A stretch of DNA of 42,980 nucleotides from Thermoproteaceae archaeon (GCA_020833025.1 JAJHRB010000003.1:1-42980), one strand, 5' to 3'; shown: positions 1 through 8,994, counted from the first letter of the stretch. Numbers and translations: made by a program. The notes: generated by a model not told the origin, from the sequence alone.

Positions 1-141
1 GCGGGGGGGGCCCGGGGGGGGGGGGGGGGGGGCGCCGGCTAGGGCGGCCGCGCGCCGCGAGCTCGGCGCAGCCCCCAGGCATGCTCTCGTCGCAGCACGA
101 CACAACGCAAATTATATCAACCCCCCCCCTCCCGGGCGCCC

Positions 142-732
142 GTGGCCAGGAGGAGCTACAAGCCGCTGGTGGCGCTGACTGCGCTGGCAATAGCCGCGCT
201 GGCTGCGGCATCGCTCACGCTGGTGAACGTGACGTACTGGGTCGTCAACGCGACGCTCCCGCCGGCAATGAAGTACGCCGGCTCTGACGTCAACATTGCC
301 GGGGGCAAGTACGTCAAGGTCAGCTACTACTACGACTCCAGAACCGGCTACAACATCACGAGGATATCCGTCGTGGGCTTCACGGGAGACCCGACGAACT
401 ACACTGACGTGATTCGCGTGTGCAACAAGCGCGATGACGTGAGCGCGTCAGTCTACCTGCGCTGGGTGGGCCAGGTGGGCAGCACGGGCTACGAGACGTA
501 CGTCAGGAGGTTCGTGGTAGGGAATACGAGCGGTACAAACGTTAACACCGGCGTTGGCTTCATCGGCAATACAACGCACCCGTACGCCGGGCCCTACACC
601 GTCGGCCCCGGCGGCTGCCTCACGCTCGGCGTGCACGTATTGATCGACCCGGAGCTGCCGTCCGCAGTCGCCGACGGCAAGCATGTGATAGCAACGTATC
701 AGGTCAACGTGGAGGTGCAGTACTCGCAGTAA
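142..732 (+). CDS. Secreted, probably N-glycosylated pilin-like protein (candidate TasA/AbpA- or thread-like donor-strand filament subunit)
   Basis: Basic N-terminus plus hydrophobic signal region, then SLTLVNVTYWVVNATLPP. Beta-rich mature part with 6 NxS/T sequons and one Cys pair. TATA-like TTATAT at 112-117. Confidence 0.65.
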   Translation: MARRSYKPLVALTALAIAALAAASLTLVNVTYWVVNATLPPAMKYAGSDVNIAGGKYVKVSYYYDSRTGYNITRISVVGFTGDPTNYTDVIRVCNKRDDVSASVYLRWVGQVGSTGYETYVRRFVVGNTSGTNVNTGVGFIGNTTHPYAGPYTVGPGGCLTLGVHVLIDPELPSAVADGKHVIATYQVNVEVQYSQ

Positions 733-739
733 GCGCGCA

Positions 740-2002
740 GTGAGGAGCCGGGACAAAGCCCTGCCCCTTTTTTCCGCCGCGGCCCGCCTCAAGAGGGCCC
801 TCCTCCTCTTCCTCCCCGCGCTGGTCTTCGTAATTGCCCTCACGGCGCCTGGGGGCGAGCACGCCTTCAGGGCGGGCCCCCTCGCTGAGGTGTCCGCCGG
901 CCAGGTCCCCCAGTACGTCCACGCGGCAAACAAGACGCTGCACCTCTACAGCTCTCCCTACGCATCCTGGCGGTACCCCGGCGCCGTGGTGGTCAGGCTG
1001 TTCTACCCGACCTCGCTCCTCGCCTCCTCCACGTGCGGCGCGGTGGCAGCGTCCTCCGTCGGCGGGCGGCCAGGAGCCTACCCCGTGGACGTCACGATCC
1101 CGCCTGGATTTCAGGGAGACTGCTGGGTGAACTTCACGCACCCCTCGGGCTGGCGCGACGCCGTGCTCCTCAGGGTCAGGCTGATAGACTGGTACCCGGG
1201 CGCCGGGGAGCGCGCAGTCATTGTGCTGAACGGCACTGGCTGGCAGTTCGTCCAGGTCGGGCATGACGGCACGCTGTACGTCTGGGAGCGGCCCGCGGCA
1301 AGGTCGCCCGTGGCCGGCTGCGTCTTTGTGTTCAACGGGTCGGTCCTTCTGGCCGAGGCCCAGCCCTACAGTGAGGTCGTGCCCGGCGTGATGCCGCCCG
1401 TGACGGCGCCCTCGGGCGCGGGCGCCGTCCGCTACGGCGCGTTCTTGAGCCTCGCCGGCGCCTCCACGCTCTACATATACCGGGCGCCCTGCGCCGTGCT
1501 GGGGAGGCTCAACGTGTCCGGGCCGCCGCCGCTCGCGGCCGAGATAGGCGCGCTCATACCCACGCCCGCGGGCCCGGTCTTCGACGCGCCCCGCGTCGAG
1601 AAGTCTGTGGTGTACAGGTCCGAGCTCAGGGTGATAAACTACAGCGAGGCTGCCGCAAGGACTTACAGGCTGTACGCGTACACGTACAGCACGCCGGTGG
1701 GCCTCTGGGGCGCAGTTCTCCGGCACCACTTCACCCTGACTGCGCTCCTCACGACGAGAGTCTCTCTCTTCAGGCCCGGCGGGGAGCCGGAGAGGGCCGG
1801 CGACGCGTGGGTGTACCACGCTGGGAACGTGAGCTACTGGGTCTACGGGCCGCGGCCCCACTACGTCTGCGAGCCGCCGTGCGGCGTGCCAGCCGGCTGG
1901 CAGGACCCTGTGTACGTTGTGGCAGATCCCACCGGCCAGTGGCGCGGCTGGCCCCAGATACTCGCAATAAGGGGGGAGGTGCTAAAGCCATGGAGGCCGT
2001 AG
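740..2002 (+). CDS. Hypothetical secreted/membrane-anchored protein
   Basis: 420 aa ORF 7 nt after the pilin-like gene; N-terminal hydrophobic helix (ALLLFLPALVFVIALTA); aromatic, beta-rich composition. Confidence 0.7.
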   Translation: MRSRDKALPLFSAAARLKRALLLFLPALVFVIALTAPGGEHAFRAGPLAEVSAGQVPQYVHAANKTLHLYSSPYASWRYPGAVVVRLFYPTSLLASSTCGAVAASSVGGRPGAYPVDVTIPPGFQGDCWVNFTHPSGWRDAVLLRVRLIDWYPGAGERAVIVLNGTGWQFVQVGHDGTLYVWERPAARSPVAGCVFVFNGSVLLAEAQPYSEVVPGVMPPVTAPSGAGAVRYGAFLSLAGASTLYIYRAPCAVLGRLNVSGPPPLAAEIGALIPTPAGPVFDAPRVEKSVVYRSELRVINYSEAAARTYRLYAYTYSTPVGLWGAVLRHHFTLTALLTTRVSLFRPGGEPERAGDAWVYHAGNVSYWVYGPRPHYVCEPPCGVPAGWQDPVYVVADPTGQWRGWPQILAIRGEVLKPWRP

Positions 2003-2231
2003 CGCTACGCAACTTTAACCAGACGCGCATTGCACGCACGGTGAGGCCGAAGACCGCCAGCGCTGGGAACGGCCCCGTCAGATCTGCAATCCTCAGCGCT
2101 GGGAGAGAGGTCCCCTCACCATGGCATATCGTGAGGGCTCTCGGCCCTTGCGGCGCCGTCCAGCGGCGCCTCCACGTAGTCGAGCGGGAGGGCTTGGCGT
2201 TGTCCGTTCACGGGGGCGCGGGCTGTTGCGT

Positions 2232-2651
2232 ATGATCGTCGAGGAGCTGAGGAGGGTTGCGGAGAGGTACGACTGCATTCTATTCGCCACGCTCTTCGGC
2301 TCTGCCGCCGCCGGGAGACGCCACAGACACAGCGACGTAGACGTGGCGGTTTACCTGCGGGAGGGATGCGACCCGCTAGACTTCATCGCCTCCTTCTCCG
2401 CCGACGTGGCCGAGGCGCTGGGAGTGGACGACGTAGACGTCTTGATACTCAACGGGGATCTGCCCTACGAGCTTAGATACAGGGCGCTGACGGGCCGGCT
2501 GATATACGCGCGGGACAGGGAGCGGTATGTGGAGGAGGTTGTAAAGGCCGCCTCGCTCTGGGCGGACTTCCGGATCGCGCTTGAGAAGACTCGCGCGAGA
2601 GAGAAGTTTGCCGAGAGGCTATGGGCAAGATCGAGAGGCTCGCCGCACTAG
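2232..2651 (+). CDS. Minimal nucleotidyltransferase (MNT) antitoxin
   Basis: LFGS...HSDVDVAVY and DVDVLILN motifs; overlaps the downstream HEPN gene. Start moved to ATG 2232. Confidence 0.9.
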   Translation: MIVEELRRVAERYDCILFATLFGSAAAGRRHRHSDVDVAVYLREGCDPLDFIASFSADVAEALGVDDVDVLILNGDLPYELRYRALTGRLIYARDRERYVEEVVKAASLWADFRIALEKTRAREKFAERLWARSRGSPH

Positions 2652-3052
2652 TCGCGAAGAACCTAGAGGCGCTCGACCGGCTCGTGGAGGCCCACGGAGC
2701 GAGAGGCGTCGTGGAGGACTACGTGCTGCTAAACGCAGCGTTGCACCTACTGCAGACTTCAATACAGGCAGTGATAGATGCCGGCATGCACCTACTGGCC
2801 GAGCTGGGCGCGGAGCCGCCGAGCAGATACACGGACGTGCCCAGAAGACTAAAGGAGCTGGGAGTTCTCGCGGAGAAGGACGCAGAGGGGCTCCGCCGCG
2901 TTATCGGCTTTAGAAACGTCGTGGTGCACGGCTACGAAGACCTCAACATTGAGCTAGTCAGAAGAGTTCTGGACGATCGTTTATACCGCGACCTTCAGAA
3001 ATACATGGCCGCTATATACAGCTACGCGCTTGAGAGGGGGATCGACCCCTGA
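2621..3052 (+). CDS. HEPN (DUF86-type) RNase toxin
   Basis: Intact R-x4-H motif (FRNVVVHGY) and LHLLQTSIQAVID; paired with MNT. Confidence 0.9.
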   Translation: MGKIERLAALVAKNLEALDRLVEAHGARGVVEDYVLLNAALHLLQTSIQAVIDAGMHLLAELGAEPPSRYTDVPRRLKELGVLAEKDAEGLRRVIGFRNVVVHGYEDLNIELVRRVLDDRLYRDLQKYMAAIYSYALERGIDP

Positions 3053-3069
3053 GCCGCCGCAACGTTAAG

Positions 3070-3077
3070 TATAAAAT
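3070..3077 (+). promoter_or_regulatory. TATA box of the wHTH regulator operon
   Basis: TATAAAAT about 25-32 nt upstream of GTG 3102. Confidence 0.6.
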
Positions 3078-3101
3078 ATCAGGCAGCGCTTCAGTTCTTC
3101 C

Positions 3102-3767
3102 GTGAACGTCACCGTGCTTATTATTCTTGCGCCTCTGGCTGCCTGGCTGCTCCCGGTGTACGTGCCGCCCAACTCCACGGCGCATGTCACGGCGCACTTG
3201 CCGCCCGGCCTCTGCAACGCCACAGGGACCTTCGCCGTGGAGAGACCCATCGCGATCGCCTGCATCAACCCGTCGACTCAGCCGGCGCTGCTCAGCGGCA
3301 GCGTGGCCGTGGAGTACCCGCGGCCTCCCCCGCCAGAGGCGCCTAAAGCCCCCCGAGACTCCATCCTTGCAGTCGCGCTCGGCGTCGCCGCTGCGGCCGG
3401 CCTCAGCCACCTGCTCGGCAACAGGAGAGAGCTCCTGGCGGCGCTGCCGGCCCTCGCCGCGGCGAGAGTAAAGAGGGCGCTCGGCCTCGAGCACCCCGTC
3501 AGGAGGGAGATTTTCAAGCTGATTGAGAGGGCCGGCGCGATGACGCCCTCCCAGATAGCTAGGGCGCTGGGCAAGAGCTTGGGGTCCGTGCAGTGGCACC
3601 TGTTCGTCTTGGAACGCGAGGGGAGAGTGAGGTCCGTGAGGGTGGGCCCCTTCACGTACTACTTCATAGACCCGAGTGCTGCCGCGGAGGTCATCCTGTC
3701 GTCCGTCGACCCGGCACTGCTGAGCCCCGAGGACAGGGAGAAGCTTGAGCTCATGGCCTCGCAATGA
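3102..3767 (+). CDS. Membrane-anchored winged-helix transcriptional regulator
   Basis: N-terminal hydrophobic segment, small Cys-pair domain, second TM (ILAVALGVAAAAGL), C-terminal wHTH (LEHPVRREIFKLI...TPSQIARALGKSLGSVQWHLFVLEREGRV). Confidence 0.85.
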   Translation: MNVTVLIILAPLAAWLLPVYVPPNSTAHVTAHLPPGLCNATGTFAVERPIAIACINPSTQPALLSGSVAVEYPRPPPPEAPKAPRDSILAVALGVAAAAGLSHLLGNRRELLAALPALAAARVKRALGLEHPVRREIFKLIERAGAMTPSQIARALGKSLGSVQWHLFVLEREGRVRSVRVGPFTYYFIDPSAAAEVILSSVDPALLSPEDREKLELMASQ

Positions 3768-5935
3768 GCCGCGCGGCCGCCGCGCTGCTGCTTTTAGGGG
3801 CCGTCGCCCTCCTCGCCTCCCTGGCATTCCTCAACGTGGCGCAGACCGCGGTCAACGCATCGCTGCCGCCCGTCTCCAAGCGCCTCAACGCCTCTCTGGC
3901 GCCCCTCGCAGGCGCCTGGTGGGACGCCGCCGACGGCTACAACGTGACTCACTACAGCATGAAGTTCGTGCCTGGCTGGCCCGAGCTGTACACTGTCGGA
4001 ATGTTCGCTCCCACGCGCGCGGGCTGGGAGGCGAGGCTTGAGAAGCTGGCCCAAGTAGGCACGGCCACATACGCCATAGCTCTAGGCGGCGTGACGCAGA
4101 TAACAGAAAGCCAGGGCGCCGGGCCTTACGTGGCCATCGGCCAGAACACGCCGCTGGACTGGTACATTTACGGCAGTCAGCGCCTCTCCGTCCTAGCCTA
4201 TGCATGGTTCCGGCAGGGAGGCATCACCGCAATCCAGCTCATGAACTTCACGGCGGAGCCCATGGCCAGGCTCTACAGCCAGACCTTCTCCTGTCCCCCC
4301 TCCACACATGCAGACGGCTTCTCGGACTACTGCACGACGTACGCCACGGGCTTCCCGGACGCGTCTTTGCTTAAGTTCTACACTTGGAGCGCTGCAGGCG
4401 GAAGCGAGGCTTACCTGGACGAGTCTTTCGGCAACCCGAAGCCCTCGGTCTACACCGAGGGGAAGAACGGCTACGGCGCGGCGTTTGTGAACCTCACGCG
4501 GTGGATTGGCGGCCTCCCGGCTACGGGAAACCTCACGGTCCAGTACTACCTCCAGGCGGCAATAACCGGCGGGGACTACTTGCAGCTCAACTTCTTCGTG
4601 GACACGGACGGGGACGGTAGGCCGGACGTGGAGGTCGTCTACTACATGTCTGTTAGAGGGAGGGAGCCGGCCTGCCTCTCCTCTGCGATATACGGCTACT
4701 CCATCACCTGCATCTCGATGTTGTACTCCTCTCAAAGTCCCCCCATTAAGACGTGGCTCGACTGGACCGTCACCAAGATCTACGACTACGGCACTGTGGT
4801 GGGCCTTGCCCTCGTCACGTACTCGCCGAACGGCGACACGAAGAGCTGGTGGGATAACTTGAGGGCCGTCAAGTGCATGCTGCCCCCCGCCGTGTCGACG
4901 TACGTCAGAGGGTGGCAGTACACGCAGGTGTACATCAGCCCCAGCACAAGCCCCACCTCTCCGCCCTCTCTCGCCACGGAGGTGGACGCCTACGGCAGCA
5001 CCGGGAGTGTGTATGCAGACTGGGGCGCCGCCGTTGCCAGGTACAGCCTGCCGCAGCCCGTCCCGGCCTACAGCACCACGGTGTCTGTGCAAGGCAGATA
5101 CGTGAGGGATTCGGCGGATGTGCAGAACAACGTCGCCTACGTCTCAATCGGCGTGGATACTGACGGCGACGGGATTGTGGACAGGGAGTACATTGTCTAC
5201 CGGCACGACGTGGCCGCTGGCCAGACAGGCGTAATCGTGTCTGCCTTCTTCGCAGACTCCAGCGGCAGCCCCCTGGTGGTCTGCACAGTAGACAGCAGCG
5301 GCGCCTGCACGCCCGGCGACTCCAGGTTTGCCGTCATCAACGCGGGCGCCATGGCCACGGGCAATAACTATCTGTGGAGCTACACGCTGTACGAGCGGGG
5401 CGCCGTAATTGCGGTCGCGCTTGCCGCGGCGGACGCCTCGGGCCGCGCAGACGGCACCGCCGACGACTTCTGGATCTACTGGGACGACCTGACAGTGCAG
5501 TACAGCGCGTGTCCCCCGCCGGGCGGCTGGGGCGCGAGCGGTAAGTACGTCTGGCAGAGCTACGGCTACCTGCTGGTCTCCGGCTCGGCAGCTGCGTATA
5601 GGACGCTGGTCGCAAATGCCCTGACATACGTTGCTAACTTCTCCGGCTTGGGGACATATGCAGTCTTTGACTCCTCGCTCAGCCCGATATTCGGCGTCTC
5701 AGTGAACGGCTCCTCCTTTACCGCGCTTTGTGGCCCCTCCTCTGTCCCGCTCGGCTCCCTGCCCTCGGCGGTGTGGGTGGAGCTCAGGCCGCTGAATGGT
5801 CTCGGCGATGTCATAATCAGGGACCAGTACGGCAGCGTGCTGGCGAGACACGGCTGCCGGTACGCAGCCGCTCCGCAGTACGTGGGGTTCAGGGGCGGGC
5901 TGCTGAGAGTATATAACATCACGGCGCTGGGATGA
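3764..5935 (+). CDS. Large secreted adhesin-like protein with pilin-like N-terminus and a duplicated DTDGDG domain
   Basis: Signal peptide, SLAFLNVAQTAVNASLPP, two VDTDGDG motifs 185 aa apart; ATGA overlap with the upstream gene. Confidence 0.75.
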   Translation: MSRAAAALLLLGAVALLASLAFLNVAQTAVNASLPPVSKRLNASLAPLAGAWWDAADGYNVTHYSMKFVPGWPELYTVGMFAPTRAGWEARLEKLAQVGTATYAIALGGVTQITESQGAGPYVAIGQNTPLDWYIYGSQRLSVLAYAWFRQGGITAIQLMNFTAEPMARLYSQTFSCPPSTHADGFSDYCTTYATGFPDASLLKFYTWSAAGGSEAYLDESFGNPKPSVYTEGKNGYGAAFVNLTRWIGGLPATGNLTVQYYLQAAITGGDYLQLNFFVDTDGDGRPDVEVVYYMSVRGREPACLSSAIYGYSITCISMLYSSQSPPIKTWLDWTVTKIYDYGTVVGLALVTYSPNGDTKSWWDNLRAVKCMLPPAVSTYVRGWQYTQVYISPSTSPTSPPSLATEVDAYGSTGSVYADWGAAVARYSLPQPVPAYSTTVSVQGRYVRDSADVQNNVAYVSIGVDTDGDGIVDREYIVYRHDVAAGQTGVIVSAFFADSSGSPLVVCTVDSSGACTPGDSRFAVINAGAMATGNNYLWSYTLYERGAVIAVALAAADASGRADGTADDFWIYWDDLTVQYSACPPPGGWGASGKYVWQSYGYLLVSGSAAAYRTLVANALTYVANFSGLGTYAVFDSSLSPIFGVSVNGSSFTALCGPSSVPLGSLPSAVWVELRPLNGLGDVIIRDQYGSVLARHGCRYAAAPQYVGFRGGLLRVYNITALG

Positions 5936-6420
5936 GCGAGGCCAGGCGCGGGGCGGGGGGAAGAAGGCGCGCGGCCGCGCTGGCCGTCCTCGGCGCCGCG
6001 GTAATAGTTGCGCTCCTGTTGAGCACGGCACGCGCGCCGGCTGCCGCGTCGCTCCCGCCCGCGGCGCCTGAAGGGACAGGGGCCGCCGTCCTGGTCGGGC
6101 TCAACGGCACCCAGACCTTCCGCCTGTGGGCCCCGCCTGGCCACGCCGCGCTCTGGGACGTGCTCTTCTGCAACGCGGCCGGCGCTAACGTGACAGTCGC
6201 GGTCAGGCCCCTGAGCGCGCCCCGGGAGGTCAGGCAGTTTCTATTCCATGTCGGCGACGCCTCGTTCGGCTGGGACGGCAGGAGCGCGAGAGAGTGGCAC
6301 GCCGCGCTGGCGCCTGGAGAGTGCGCCCGCGGCGCGCTGGAGGTTCTCGTCGACGGCCGCGCCCCCGCCAATACGGTGTACGTCGTGGCCGTCGAGGTGG
6401 TAGCATGGGTCTCGGGGTGA
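5932..6420 (+). CDS. Small secreted protein (minor pilin/accessory candidate)
   Basis: Signal-like N-terminus, AAASLPP, terminal beta strand (VYVVAVEVVAWV); ATGA overlap with the upstream gene. Confidence 0.7.
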   Translation: MSEARRGAGGRRRAAALAVLGAAVIVALLLSTARAPAAASLPPAAPEGTGAAVLVGLNGTQTFRLWAPPGHAALWDVLFCNAAGANVTVAVRPLSAPREVRQFLFHVGDASFGWDGRSAREWHAALAPGECARGALEVLVDGRAPANTVYVVAVEVVAWVSG

Positions 6421-6684
6421 CGCGTTAAGGATATTCGCGGCGCGATCCTGCCGGCGCCATAGTGGAGAGGCTGAAGGCTGCGGGCTTGGTGCCTGAATAC
6501 CCCTGGACGGCACTGCGCGCGGTAGCTGCAGACGGGGCGGGAGGCGCCGGCCGCGCGCCCAGACGGGAATCCCCGTCGCGCCACAGCAGGGGCCCGTGCG
6601 GCGCAGGCGATCCAGCGCCTGGCCCAGGCCCGCAGGCGGGAGCGCCCACGGCCGCCGACAGTTACTGCCGGCGGGGAAACGCGC

Positions 6685-7295
6685 GTCGCGGAGAGGCACG
6701 GCTGCGTTGAGTTCGCCACGCTCTTCGGCTCCGCGGCGACAAGCCGGCGGCACGCTCACAGCGACGACCTGCCCTACGAGTTCAGGTACAGGGCGCTGGC
6801 CGGCCGCATGATTTACGCGCGGGACAGGGAGCGGCACGTGGAGGGAGTTGTGAGGGCTGCACCCCCTGGGCCGACCTGCAGATAGCGCTCTGGAAGACGC
6901 GCGAGGGAGAAGTTCGCCGAGAGGCTGTGGGCAAGGTCGAGAGACTCGTCGCGCTAGTTGCGAAGAACACGGGGCGAGAAAGGTCGTGGAGGGCTGTGTG
7001 CTGCTAAACGCAGCGCTGCACCTCTTGCAGACATCAATACAGGCGGTGATGGACGCTGCCATACACCTCGCCGCAGGGCCGGGCAGGTACAGCGGCGTGC
7101 CGAGGGCGCTGAGAGAACTGGGAGTCCTGCGGGAGGAGGACGCCGGGGGCTCCGCCGCGCCGTAGGCTTTAGGAACGCCGCCGTTAACGGCTACGCAGAT
7201 TTCAACATGGAACTCGTCGAGAGGATCTCTAGCGCCTGTCTCTGCCGCGACCTCCTGCGGTACGCCTCGGCGATTTACAGCGGCGCGCTAGAGGT
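6685..7295 (+). pseudogene. Decayed duplicate of the MNT-HEPN pair at 2232-3052
   Basis: Clear nucleotide similarity (e.g. ttcgccacgctcttcggctc, gagaagttcgccgagaggctgtgggcaagg) with an internal deletion, frameshifts and RNVVVH changed to RNAAVN. Boundaries approximate. Confidence 0.85.
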
Positions 7296-7543
7296 GACTC
7301 CCGCGCGGCCTCTAGCCATCTAAAACGTCTGGCTGGGCCGGGCGTGTGAGATATTGTCGAGCCCACCGTGATGGTGTTGGAGCTTCACAGGTACCAGCGC
7401 AACGGGCCTGACTCCGAGGGCTTTTTCTCTGGAATTCCTGACGACAGACCGGCTGCAGTGCTTGTGTGCACGCCCGCGGGAAGGATTGTTAGCTGCGAGG
7501 ACATCTACAAGAGGGTCTGCGGCCCCTCGCGCAGCTAACGCCG

Positions 7544-7936
7544 CTACGCGTGAAGCGGCAGCGGGACTGCCGGCGGCACCGGCTCCGGCTCGTGCCACAC
7601 TAATGCGCCGATTAGCGCCAGCGCGGCGAGCGCTATTATCAGCGCCAGCAGGGCTCTCAGCGGGTCAACCCCCGCGATGAGAGACAGTGTTGCCAGCGAG
7701 AGCAGAAAGCCGGAGAGCAGCGCGACGGGGAGCGCGATGATTGCGAGCGCGGGGAGGAGCGCGGCAGAGAGCGCGAGCGCGACCAGCGCGGCCACGAGGC
7801 CCAGCAGGAACGCCGGGGGAGCCAGGATAGCGCCGAGCGCGACGCGCAGCGGGTTAACGACGCGCCGCTCCAGCAGGCTCATTGCAAGCCAGAGAATCAG
7901 CACGAACGCCAGGAACCAGACGAGCAGCTCCAGCAC
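7544..7936 (-). CDS. Hypothetical multi-pass membrane protein
   Basis: 130 aa, almost entirely hydrophobic helices. Confidence 0.75.
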   Translation of the reverse strand: MLELLVWFLAFVLILWLAMSLLERRVVNPLRVALGAILAPPAFLLGLVAALVALALSAALLPALAIIALPVALLSGFLLSLATLSLIAGVDPLRALLALIIALAALALIGALVWHEPEPVPPAVPLPLHA

Positions 7937-7971
7937 GTCACGTACGGCCGGGCACTTAAAAAGGCCTGCAA

Positions 7972-8584
7972 TTACAACTTACTGAGCGCGAGCGCGAACG
8001 CGCCAGTCGCCAGCGCAATGATGAGGAACACGGCGGCTGGATTGTCGGCAAGCGGGAGCCACTTGAGATTCATGCCGTACACGCTAGATATTAGTAGTGC
8101 CGGCACGGCGACGGTCCCGAGCCACGTCAGCCTCCTAACAGACCTCTCGAGGGACAGCAGCGTCACGACTCTGGCGTACCCGCGGACCCTGCGCGCGCCC
8201 CTCAGCACCGCCCTGGCGCGGGCGTAGAGCCTCCGCGGCACACGGCCGGCGCCCAGCAGGTCTTCAGCGACGTCGTGAACCTGATACGCTGCGTGGAGGA
8301 GCGCGTGCGCCGCGTAGACGGCGCGGTGGAGCTTGCGCGGGCCGGCCCGCCCCCAATTCTCCAGCGCGTACTCCAGCTGCTCTAGAGCCTGCTCCACCGG
8401 CTCGAGCGATTTCTCGAGACTCTCAAGTGACGCGCGGAGGGCGTCCTCAAGCGTCGGGAAGGGCCCCCCCGATCACCCTGCCGGACGCGTCGGCAACGAC
8501 CTCTACCTCCTCCTCGACGAGCTCTCCCTCCCTGACGCTGACGAGGGGCAGGCGAAGAGTCAGGCGGCCCTCGCTCTGTGCCAT
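7972..8584 (-). pseudogene. CorA-family divalent cation transporter-like gene, frameshifted (+1) at a G7 run
   Basis: C-terminal YGMN signature between two TMs. The upstream ATG (8584) frame joins the downstream frame if one base is removed from the C7 run at 8464-8470; total 613 nt = 3n+1. Confidence 0.7.
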
Positions 8585-8606
8585 GGCGGCGGGGGCGCCG
8601 CTGCTA

Positions 8607-8618
8607 AAAATTAATTTT
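8607..8618. promoter_or_regulatory. Palindromic bidirectional TATA element
   Basis: Perfect 12-bp palindrome AAAATTAATTTT, about 25-28 nt from both divergent starts (8584 minus, 8638 plus). Confidence 0.55.
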
Positions 8619-8637
8619 AAGGGGGCTCACAGGGCTC

Positions 8638-8961
8638 ATGCGGTCGTATATTACGTCCCTCGTGCTGCTGTGCGCCGGGGCGGCGCTCGTCGCCTTTGCC
8701 GTTGCCAACGCGCTGCTGCTCTACGCGTCTGAGGTCCCGAGGGCGTCTCTCAACATCACGTCGCCTCTCGGGCAGCTGAGAGTGCAGAACGCGCCGGACC
8801 CGTACTACCTGGGCGTCGGGATCCTGCGGGGGGTGCTGCTTCTCGCGATAGGCATCACGGGCGGGAAGCTGATAGACTCTGGCCTCGCCGAGCTGCGCGA
8901 GAGGAGGAGGGAGAGGGCCGTGAGCCACTACTACGAGCAGTACGCGTACTACCAGTACTGA
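8638..8961 (+). CDS. Hypothetical two-TM membrane protein
   Basis: Two hydrophobic segments, Tyr-rich C-terminus. Confidence 0.75.
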   Translation: MRSYITSLVLLCAGAALVAFAVANALLLYASEVPRASLNITSPLGQLRVQNAPDPYYLGVGILRGVLLLAIGITGGKLIDSGLAELRERRRERAVSHYYEQYAYYQY

Positions 8962-8994
8962 CGCGGGACGGGGGCCGTTGACAGGAGGCTCAGG

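Noticed and set aside
1-60. Poly-G/GC low-complexity run at the window start (possible G-quadruplex or repeat)
   Set aside because: Looks like a contig-end or sequencing artefact; cannot be supported as biology without reads.
2057-2125. 11-bp direct repeat CAGCGCTGGGA (2058, 2094) and two minus-strand CTGA boxes
   Set aside because: Only two copies, so not a CRISPR array; box spacing does not fit a C/D sRNA; plausible by chance at this GC content.
7321-7540. Short 55-codon ORF (MVLELHRYQ...) and a GTGATGG...CTGA pair
   Set aside because: No recognisable family, no internal D'/C' boxes; too weak to call.
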